Shown here one piece after another: positions 1 through 7,678 of a stretch of DNA of 47,496 bases. The notes below the pieces were generated by a model. That model did not search any database. It was not told the origin of the DNA and worked only from the letters and a program-made list of their open reading frames with translations. Position 1 is the first letter of the stretch. Every line of letters begins with the position of its first letter. The DNA lies in NCBI GenBank assembly GCA_014240055.1, contig JAAZXP010000003.1:10600-58095 (forward strand), read 5' to 3'. Made by a program: the position numbers and the translations under genes. This DNA is from Methanobacteriota archaeon. Its GTDB lineage: Archaea; Thermoplasmatota; Poseidoniia; MGIII; CG-Epi1.

Positions 1-250
1 AGTCATTCATGTCTGCAAGAAAAACAGTTGTTTTTACTACGTTATCTAAAGTTAGATTTTTTTCAGCTAAAACGGCCTTTATGTTTAGAATGGCTTGCTT
101 AGTTTGATCAGCTACACCATTTTCTAATTCAGTAGCATCGTGTTTACGGCCAACTTGACCACTTAGGAAAACATAGTTTCCAGACACGACACCTTGTGAG
201 TAAGGACCGATCGGTTTCGGAGCCATCGAGCTCACCACGATCTCTTTCAT
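1..250 (-). CDS. ridA: RidA/YjgF/UK114 family enamine deaminase (partial, runs off window start)
   Basis: Hand translation from ATG at 250: MKEIVVSSMAPKPIGPYSQGVVSGNYVFLSGQVG...VVKTTVFLADMND. The PIGPYSQ, SGQ and KTTVFL motifs are typical of RidA. Not in the ORF track. Confidence 0.9.
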   Translation of the reverse strand, partial: MKEIVVSSMAPKPIGPYSQGVVSGNYVFLSGQVGRKHDATELENGVADQTKQAILNIKAVLAEKNLTLDNVVKTTVFLADMND

Positions 251-291
251 AATAAACTAATTGAACCCAATTTATGTAGTTTACTAATAAT

Positions 292-1524
292 TCAAGACCA
301 ATATGCGACTCTTGCGGCCATTATAGAATCCATGTATGTTTCGCAGTCAAAATCTTTGTCTGATAAGGGTGAAGAACCGTTCAAGTCTTGGATGATAGTT
401 TTTGTAAGAGTTGGATCAACAACTCCCCATCCAGTTTGTGTGTAAGGAGCTATTGGCGAAACAGGCACTCCTGTTTGACAAGCACCTTCGTTTGCACCAG
501 GATCATATTCTGAAGCATCAGGGAAATAAGAGGCTTTTTCCATACTTCTTCGGATATCATAGTTAGTGATGGAAGTATTTTCACTGTAAATTAAGCTACC
601 ATTCCTACCGCCAGATCCCATATCTCCGGCTTGTTCTCTTAGTTCTTGTATAACTAGAGAGAGAACTCCTGCAGTTCTAGGCGTTGCAAAACTAGTTCCA
701 GAAGTATCATGATATCCATCAATAGAATCGTGGTCAGGTAAATTTTGAGTCCAATCAGCTACAATATCTGGAGCAGTACCTGAGCAGTGCATGACTTTAC
801 CTCTATCTCCATCCTCTTGAAAACCAGCAATTCCAATAGACCAAGGAGGGCCACCAGTTGCGTCTTGAACACATGTAGACCCAGTATTATCGCAGGCTCC
901 AGTATGCAGTTTACCCATTTCATTAACTGCATATTCCGTATCATCTTCAATACCAGGAACCGGAACCGACCCAATTGGTCCAAAACTTGTTGTGATAATA
1001 TCAACCATCGGGTGTTCAGCAGCCCTTCTCACGCCATCGAATCCCTCAAGGAAAAAAATAACAGCATCTGGATTGGCATCTATTACAGCTCCAGTAACAG
1101 CAGTACCGTGACCATCGTCAGGATCATCTAAGATAGGCGTTTCACTCCAGCCTTCTTCTCCCATTGCCCCAATAATCCGTGTGCCTGAGAAATAAACAGT
1201 ATCATTGTAAGTAATTAGATCCCAACAAGTTTCTCTATCTGCTTGAACTCTTTCTTCCCACGTTCCTATTTGGGTTAATTCACAGACTAAAGTTACTCCA
1301 AAATCCTCCAAAAAAGGTTGGGGCAAACTTTCATTTCTTTGAAAATGATCATGATATGGATTAATTCCAGTATCGACTGGAGCAACCACAGAATATGATT
1401 TCCAAAAATCTTCCTTAGCTTCTATTTCATCAGACTCATTAGTAACAGCATCATCTAAGCACCCTGAAATCATTATAAAGATGATCAAAGGAATCGAAAA
1501 TTTCTTTGTTATCGCATGTATCAT
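292..1524 (-). CDS. Subtilisin-like S8 serine peptidase, probable lipoprotein
   Basis: Catalytic triad motifs VDTG, GHGT and TSGTSFATP. N-terminal hydrophobic stretch ends in lipobox-like ISGC. Confidence 0.85.
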   Translation of the reverse strand: MIHAITKKFSIPLIIFIMISGCLDDAVTNESDEIEAKEDFWKSYSVVAPVDTGINPYHDHFQRNESLPQPFLEDFGVTLVCELTQIGTWEERVQADRETCWDLITYNDTVYFSGTRIIGAMGEEGWSETPILDDPDDGHGTAVTGAVIDANPDAVIFFLEGFDGVRRAAEHPMVDIITTSFGPIGSVPVPGIEDDTEYAVNEMGKLHTGACDNTGSTCVQDATGGPPWSIGIAGFQEDGDRGKVMHCSGTAPDIVADWTQNLPDHDSIDGYHDTSGTSFATPRTAGVLSLVIQELREQAGDMGSGGRNGSLIYSENTSITNYDIRRSMEKASYFPDASEYDPGANEGACQTGVPVSPIAPYTQTGWGVVDPTLTKTIIQDLNGSSPLSDKDFDCETYMDSIMAARVAYWS

Positions 1525-1619
1525 TATTTGTATTTATTACACGGTAGTATTAAAATTTTATTTGTATTTTGTCTTATTTGGAAGCAAAATATTAAATGAC
1601 GTCGATAATACATTGTATT

Positions 1620-1943
1620 ATGTCTAAGTTCATGTATTCTGGTAGTTATACCAAGAAAGGCGTTAAGGGATTGTTAAAAGAGGGCGGAACGGCCCGCCGT
1701 GATGAAACTATACGAATGGTGGAATCTCTCGGAGGCACAGTTGAAGCTTATTATTGGTGCTATGGCGAACAGGATTTCGTATCCATAATGGATTTTCCAG
1801 ATCACACAACGGTAACTGGTTTAGCCCTTAATATTGCAGCTTCTGGAACATTCACAGGAAATTTAACTCCTTTGATAACAGTCGAAGAAATGGATGAGAT
1901 GGTAACTGTAAAGTTAGGAAAATATCGGCTACCTGGCGATTAA
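1620..1943 (+). CDS. GYD domain protein
   Basis: About 107 aa with SLGG-x-VEAYYWCYGEQDFVSIMDFP pattern. ATG 1620 preferred over 1596 because a TATA-like TATTAAAT lies at 1590-1597 (leaderless spacing). Confidence 0.75.
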   Translation: MSKFMYSGSYTKKGVKGLLKEGGTARRDETIRMVESLGGTVEAYYWCYGEQDFVSIMDFPDHTTVTGLALNIAASGTFTGNLTPLITVEEMDEMVTVKLGKYRLPGD

Positions 1944-1956
1944 AATTAAAGATATA

Positions 1957-2808
1957 ATGACAAAAATAAGGTTAGCAGCATTCGCACTCTGTATTTTGTC
2001 TATTATGATTCTACCAAATTCTGCGGCCACAAAGGATAGCTATTCAGAGGATGGATTTCTGATACTTGGCCAAGATGATCTAGTGGGAATCACTTTTTGG
2101 ATAGCGACTGCAGCTATGCTGGGTTCCAGTATTTTTTTCTTAATAGAACGTAGCAACGTTGCTCCTCAGTGGAAAACATCAATGACCATTGCTACCTTAA
2201 TCACAGGAATTGCTTTTTGGCATTATATGTATATGAGAGAGCATTGGATTCTTACCGGAGAAAGTCCAATAGTTTATCGTTACGTGGATTGGTTTATTAC
2301 CGTTCCATTACAGATTGTTGAATTTTATTTTATTTTAGCTGCAGTTACTGCAGTTACTGCAATGTTATTTTGGAGACTTCTAGGGGCTTCTGTTCTAATG
2401 CTTGTTTTTGGGTTTCTTGGAGAAACTCAAATGCTTGGAGGCAGTTCGATAATTTGGTGGATTTTATGTATGGCTTGCTGGTTCTATATCATCTATGAAA
2501 TTTTTAGAGGTGAAGCTGCAATTCTTAATGAAAATAGTGGGAATGAAGCAGGACAATTTGCATTCCAAGCCTTAAAATGGATTGTAACGGTTGGATGGGC
2601 TATCTATCCTATCGGCTATCTATATGGTCTTGATGAAACTACAATATTGGGAGTTAACATAAGCAATACAGCATACAGTCCTGAGCTGATAAACATAATT
2701 TATAATTTAGCTGATTTGATCAACAAAACTGCTTTTGGAGTTGCAATTTGGATTGCAGCAGTCAAAGATACTAAAGAGTCTAAGGGCGAACAGTCTTTTA
2801 TGTTCTAA
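1957..2808 (+). CDS. Proteorhodopsin, DTE-type proton pump, Gln at the spectral tuning site (blue type)
   Basis: Helix C RYVDWFITVPLQIVEF (D97/T101/Q105/E108 equivalents), His in FWHYMYMR, retinal-binding helix G ADLINK, N-terminal signal peptide, 7 TM segments. Confidence 0.96.
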   Translation: MTKIRLAAFALCILSIMILPNSAATKDSYSEDGFLILGQDDLVGITFWIATAAMLGSSIFFLIERSNVAPQWKTSMTIATLITGIAFWHYMYMREHWILTGESPIVYRYVDWFITVPLQIVEFYFILAAVTAVTAMLFWRLLGASVLMLVFGFLGETQMLGGSSIIWWILCMACWFYIIYEIFRGEAAILNENSGNEAGQFAFQALKWIVTVGWAIYPIGYLYGLDETTILGVNISNTAYSPELINIIYNLADLINKTAFGVAIWIAAVKDTKESKGEQSFMF

Positions 2809-2968
2809 AATAGCTGCTTACAAAGAAAAGAATTAGCGCTACTAAAACGTCTAAAGTAGGAGAGGCACCAGGATATCCAAAATTCCAGACAATTACTAGA
2901 AGTAACCAAACTCCGAATACCCAATCTAAATCTTTTAAGCCGAAACTCGCAACGCCTTTAGGCGACAC
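2798..2968 (-). CDS. Small two-TM membrane protein (56 aa), unannotated
   Basis: GTG at 2968 overlaps the upstream ATPase stop. Translation: MSPKGVASFGLKDLDWVFGVWLLLVIVWNFGYPGASPTLDVLVALILFFVSSYFRT. Fills the intergenic gap exactly. Confidence 0.6.
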   Translation of the reverse strand: MSPKGVASFGLKDLDWVFGVWLLLVIVWNFGYPGASPTLDVLVALILFFVSSYFRT

Positions 2969-3719
2969 GGGTAATCATCTCTGGTGTAATTCCATGCTCA
3001 GTTACAGCATAAATCATTACAGCAGCTTTTTCTGGATGATTGCGGATTTTCTTAATAATTAATCTATTTTCGAACTCAGCAGCCATACGTCCAACTTCAA
3101 GTTCTATTACAACGTCACAAATAGCTTCAATTTGACTATGAATTCTTGGTTCACAAGTACCTGCAGACATAGTATACATTATAGTTCCACCATTTGCCTG
3201 AGCGTATTCTTTTATTGTCCTCATAGCTGATAAAACTTCAATTGGATTATAATATTGCATAAAGAAGTCTAGCGAATCAATAACGACTCTAAAAGGCGCT
3301 TTAAGTTTAGAAATTTCATAGGTCATATCTGCAACAAAATTAATTTGATCAGAAGTAGAACCATATGAACCCAAATTTCTCAGTTCAGCAACTGAGAGTC
3401 CTTCCTGTTTAAAACGAGATGCTTGTAATTCACGAGATAAAACTTTTTCAAAATATTGAGTTCCTACATTAACAATTCTCAAATCAGTAGGCCAATTATA
3501 TTGCTCAAAAGTATCGATTAGTTCATCTGAAGTCTCGTCTGTTGAAAAATAAACTACATTTTCAGATCCAACGCCAGCTGATGCATATTGTTTAGAGAGT
3601 AATTCTTTTCCTGAACCAGAACTGCCTTCAATTAGCATAGAGCTACCCAATACAATTCCTTTACCATCAATTAATGCTTCATCTAGTCTTTCAATTCCAG
3701 TTGAGATTATTTCTGCCAT
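2958..3719 (-). CDS. KaiC/RAD55-family single-domain ATPase with variant Walker A
   Basis: STGIERLD start, GSSGSGKE (E in place of T/S), VYFSTDE, VVIDSL, RLIIKKIRN. Confidence 0.85.
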   Translation of the reverse strand: MAEIISTGIERLDEALIDGKGIVLGSSMLIEGSSGSGKELLSKQYASAGVGSENVVYFSTDETSDELIDTFEQYNWPTDLRIVNVGTQYFEKVLSRELQASRFKQEGLSVAELRNLGSYGSTSDQINFVADMTYEISKLKAPFRVVIDSLDFFMQYYNPIEVLSAMRTIKEYAQANGGTIMYTMSAGTCEPRIHSQIEAICDVVIELEVGRMAAEFENRLIIKKIRNHPEKAAVMIYAVTEHGITPEMITRVA

Positions 3720-3721
3720 TT

Positions 3722-4282
3722 TTATTCACCTATTACACGATCTGATAATAACTGTAATGCAGATGCCAATTCGTCGCCAGTTTGCTCTTTAACAGTCATT
3801 AACATACTATAAATTTCCTTAATACGCATAGAATTCCCAAGTACATTAATAAATTCTTTTAACACCCTAGCTTCAGAATAGATACTTAACCCATTAACTG
3901 AATCGAACATCACAAAGCTCTTCTTCGATTTTAGTCGCCTTTCTAGAAGAGAAATATTAAGTAAAATAGATTCAAGCATAGTTGGAGATTCAACATAAAG
4001 TGTTCGAGGATCATCAGTTTTTCCACCAACCGTCATCGACACTAAATCTACGAAATAAAGATCTGATAAATCTGTCTTGGTTTCTTCTAATTCTGCTAAA
4101 ATATGTGAAGAAGGTCTCGAAGTTGTGATATAAATCCCACCTAATTTTTTACTAAGTAAAACAGATGCAATTTTGACAGTATCAGTATGAAATGATTCTG
4201 CGCCAATGCTAACAGTTGTTAACGTATCTCCGTCATTAATACTCTTGATGACTGCTCCTGCAATTTCTTTAACATTGCTCAT
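3722..4282 (-). CDS. Inactivated KaiC/RecA-fold protein
   Basis: No Walker A but keeps GIYIT, FVDLVS and VMFDSV strands. ATG 4282 forms an ATGA overlap with the upstream stop. Confidence 0.65.
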   Translation of the reverse strand: MSNVKEIAGAVIKSINDGDTLTTVSIGAESFHTDTVKIASVLLSKKLGGIYITTSRPSSHILAELEETKTDLSDLYFVDLVSMTVGGKTDDPRTLYVESPTMLESILLNISLLERRLKSKKSFVMFDSVNGLSIYSEARVLKEFINVLGNSMRIKEIYSMLMTVKEQTGDELASALQLLSDRVIGE

Positions 4283-5100
4283 GTGAAAGATTGTCCTCCA
4301 TCTTGTCCCCATTTGAGGAGAGGAACAACTGCCAACCCGATTGGCGTTAATTCAATCAAGTGTCTTGCACGAGAATGTTTAGTTCCTCGCATTTTTACAA
4401 CTTGTAAACTTCTCAACAAGTCTCCTTGTCTAATTATGTTACCCATAAGAACTACACCATCAGCAACGGCCTCTTCAACACCAAAAATCGAATAAGTCTG
4501 AACGTTAGAGTCTACAACAGTTTCTGAAATTAGCATAGTAGTACATCCAAAAGTACTCAAGAATTGACTTAATCTAAAGATGAAGTTACGGATACTTCCT
4601 TTATCTGGAAGTTGATAACAAACGGCAGTGATAGAGTCAATGACTAATCTTGTAACTCCTAATTCATCTACAATATCTTCAAAAGCCCCTAATAGAGCTT
4701 CCATATCTTTAGAAGTATAAGTTCCATCTAGTCTTTCAACGCCCAACCTATCGTTAATTACGGTTAAATCAAAAATATTTAATTTTCCTTCTTTAACAAG
4801 AGCATCATCAAAGAAACCATAAGTCTGTAAATTTGATAACATTTTAGATGAAGGTTCAGTTACAGAGATATAACAGCAAGTTTCTCCAGCCTTAGCACCG
4901 TTAATGAGAAATTCCATTGCTAAAGTAGTTTTTCCAGAACCCACAGTTCCAGCTAGAAGTGTTATGTTTCCAATAGGAATTCCACCGTTTAAAATACGGT
5001 CAATACCCTCGATGTAAGTTACACATTTGTCTCTAGGACGTCCGCCACGCGGGTCCAGGCTAATTGGTTTTGTTACTTCCTTTTTTGCCATTTTCATCAC
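4279..5100 (-). CDS. KaiC/RAD55-family single-domain ATPase
   Basis: GGIP, Walker A GTVGSGKTT, Walker B LVIDS, GVEEAVADG, RSLQVVKMRG (KaiC-type K-x-R motif). Confidence 0.92.
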   Translation of the reverse strand: MMKMAKKEVTKPISLDPRGGRPRDKCVTYIEGIDRILNGGIPIGNITLLAGTVGSGKTTLAMEFLINGAKAGETCCYISVTEPSSKMLSNLQTYGFFDDALVKEGKLNIFDLTVINDRLGVERLDGTYTSKDMEALLGAFEDIVDELGVTRLVIDSITAVCYQLPDKGSIRNFIFRLSQFLSTFGCTTMLISETVVDSNVQTYSIFGVEEAVADGVVLMGNIIRQGDLLRSLQVVKMRGTKHSRARHLIELTPIGLAVVPLLKWGQDGGQSFT

Positions 5101-5522
5101 TCGTCAATTATAAACTGATCTACAAGGTATTGCCGAACCCTCTTTTTCAATGTTCTCTCTGTAATCTTTTCACCCTGAGCAGAATCGTGCATCACTTGTA
5201 TCTCTCTTTGAATTTCAACAGGCAGTTCAGCCCATGCCACAGGTGGTTTCTTTGGTAATAGCCCTCTGAGGTATTTTGGATTGGCTTGAGCGAAAATTTC
5301 TGCAAACCGTTCTTTGACTTTATCTTCAAAGAATTTATCAGCTTCTCTTTCGACTTCGCTGTAAGCTTTAATTAATTCTTCTTCGACAATTTGCCCTAGG
5401 TCTTCTAGGAAAACACCTTCAGGTAAAAATCGGTGGTACCAACTACCATCTTCATGGAGTGCATCCATGTGCGTACGGTTGTAAACGTCAATAAGCGGAG
5501 TTTCATATTCTTCTTTTGCCAT
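5097..5522 (-). CDS. Hypothetical protein, first gene of the KaiC-like operon
   Basis: 141-aa ORF with ATGA overlap into the ATPase. CTTATAAG TATA-like element at 5552-5559 upstream. Confidence 0.75.
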   Translation of the reverse strand: MAKEEYETPLIDVYNRTHMDALHEDGSWYHRFLPEGVFLEDLGQIVEEELIKAYSEVEREADKFFEDKVKERFAEIFAQANPKYLRGLLPKKPPVAWAELPVEIQREIQVMHDSAQGEKITERTLKKRVRQYLVDQFIIDE

Positions 5523-5575
5523 TAATTGTCCCTAAACTTTCAAAATGAGGCCTTATAAGATACTTAGCCTAGAAA

Positions 5576-7675
5576 TCAAGCAGGCTTAATTTCATAGTCA
5601 AGAAGTATAACTTCAACCAAATATTCGACTTCTTCACCATTATCTGTATGGTTACATCCGACAGCATTTCCACTTTCAGCTTCGACATTAATTTCCAAAA
5701 AATAGGATCCTAATCCAGCTCCCATGGCATCAAGCTCATCTTTAATTTCAGCTTCAGACATCTCGCTAGCATTCCCTGAAAAATATAGAGAAGAATTATA
5801 CCATTCAACAACAATTTCATGAGAAGAACTACCCTGGCCTTGATTTTCACCACTTTCAGTTCCATTAAAATTATCGTGTGTTATAGTTCCTGTAATTGTG
5901 TCTGGATCTGGCTGAGAAGCCCCAGGTGCAGCACAACCGATTCCATTACTTGTTTCATCTTCACTGTACGTAAGTAAAACTCTAACACCAACAATATTTC
6001 GACTATCTTCTGTCCATTCAATATTATTAGTATTGAAATCTATGAGAATAGTCTCACCGTCACTAACATATTCTGTATTATTCCCTAAAATTTCATAAGA
6101 AATTTCTCCAGAAATAGAATAATTTCCTATGCCGCCTGTTGAATCAGAAGAATCTGGAGCAAAAGCAAGATATGCAGCTTCGGAGGCGCCAAATGGAATA
6201 ATAATAGCTGCAGCGACCACTCCATATTGACTCTTCTTAGGCCAATTAAACCTGCCCAACGAAGATAGGTTTGGTGTTCTGAAGTAATTCATCAAAAAGT
6301 GAGTAATGAATGCAGCCCCCATACCTGGGACTGATGGGAAAACGCCGTCTGCACCTCCGAAACCTAATACTGTCCAAATTAGGACACCACCGAATGCAGC
6401 CACCATCATCGCAATTGAATGAGTAGTATCTGGTTTGTACCCTAACCACCTAATAATCAGTAAAGGTACAAAAACACCGCCGAGGCCGTAGACGGCAAAA
6501 ACAACAAGAAGGAAGACAGAATCTCCACCAGGAAGATATAATCCTCCTATAGATATTAAAGTAGCAAATGCAGCAACTGCAATAGTTACCTTTTTCGCAG
6601 TTTTATGGTCTTGTCTCCATTCAGGTTTAATGTCGTCTGTAATTGCAGCTGTGCATGCTAGAACCTGACTATCTGCGGTAGACATTGTTGCTGCAAAAAT
6701 AGAGGCTAAAATCATTCCCACGCCAATACCTGGCATCGTCTCCATGGCCATCATTGGCAATCCCAATTCGGCATCAAAGCTACTTTCTGTAAACAACACG
6801 CGGCTTGCCAAGCCGATAATTAGCATAAGTATAATGAAAGGAGTCTGCCAAACAAAAAACCAAATCATTGCTTTCTTACGATCTTCATCGGTACCAAGAG
6901 TCATAACTCTCGAAACGACTTGCGGCTGACCTGCAACACTTAGCCCACCTAGAAAGAAAGCCATTGTCCAAAGGGTGAAACCAAATATTAGGTCAGGTGG
7001 CAGAAGATTAGTCAAAAGTGGATCTTGTTCATTTAATTTCATTTCGAGTCCACTAAATCCTCCAACTTTTTGAAGACTTATCCAACAAAGAATTGTTGAC
7101 CCCACAATCATGACGCAAGACTGAGCAGCATCGGTCCAAATCGAAGCCCTGATTCCTCCAGCATAACAGTATGCCACCACTAGAACAAAACCAATAAGAA
7201 TTCCAACAATTTCAGGCCACCCCATCATCACGAATAATGCCTTTCCACCAGAGGTAAGCTGAGCTGCAGCGTAAATACTTAGAAACAAAACAGACAAGAT
7301 TCCAGCTAGTTTTGCTTCAGGCGCACCTGCCTTTTCGGCAACTAATGAAGATAGTGAACGAATGCCTCTTTCTCGACCTTCTTCTTGAATAAATTTATAC
7401 AGCCAAGCCCAAGCAACAACTTGCCCTATAGTTGACATAAAAGACAGAAAAGCTACACTATACCCCATCGTGTATGTAAATCCAATAAATCCAATGAACA
7501 TATATCCCGAGTTCCAAGTACTAACTGCAGATAAGGCAGCAAGTGAAGGGCTCATACCTCTTCCAGCTACAAGATAATCATCAGTCGTATCTTTTTTTAC
7601 TCGCATTGAGGCAAGACCAACGCCTGCAAAAATAGACATGAAAAAGATAAATGAGATTACAACAACAGCATCCAT
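5576..7675 (-). CDS. Sodium:solute symporter (PutP-like) with C-terminal extracellular domain
   Basis: DYLVAGR, GGIRASIWTD, GQPQVVSR and FAATMSTADSQ motifs, about 14 TMs, then an acidic soluble tail of about 195 aa. Confidence 0.9.
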   Translation of the reverse strand: MDAVVVISFIFFMSIFAGVGLASMRVKKDTTDDYLVAGRGMSPSLAALSAVSTWNSGYMFIGFIGFTYTMGYSVAFLSFMSTIGQVVAWAWLYKFIQEEGRERGIRSLSSLVAEKAGAPEAKLAGILSVLFLSIYAAAQLTSGGKALFVMMGWPEIVGILIGFVLVVAYCYAGGIRASIWTDAAQSCVMIVGSTILCWISLQKVGGFSGLEMKLNEQDPLLTNLLPPDLIFGFTLWTMAFFLGGLSVAGQPQVVSRVMTLGTDEDRKKAMIWFFVWQTPFIILMLIIGLASRVLFTESSFDAELGLPMMAMETMPGIGVGMILASIFAATMSTADSQVLACTAAITDDIKPEWRQDHKTAKKVTIAVAAFATLISIGGLYLPGGDSVFLLVVFAVYGLGGVFVPLLIIRWLGYKPDTTHSIAMMVAAFGGVLIWTVLGFGGADGVFPSVPGMGAAFITHFLMNYFRTPNLSSLGRFNWPKKSQYGVVAAAIIIPFGASEAAYLAFAPDSSDSTGGIGNYSISGEISYEILGNNTEYVSDGETILIDFNTNNIEWTEDSRNIVGVRVLLTYSEDETSNGIGCAAPGASQPDPDTITGTITHDNFNGTESGENQGQGSSSHEIVVEWYNSSLYFSGNASEMSEAEIKDELDAMGAGLGSYFLEINVEAESGNAVGCNHTDNGEEVEYLVEVILLDYEIKPA

Positions 7676-7678
7676 TTT

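Noticed and set aside
2958-5100. Canonical cyanobacterial KaiABC circadian clock
   Set aside because: The ATPases are single-domain, lack the ST phosphosites, and no KaiA or KaiB is in the window.
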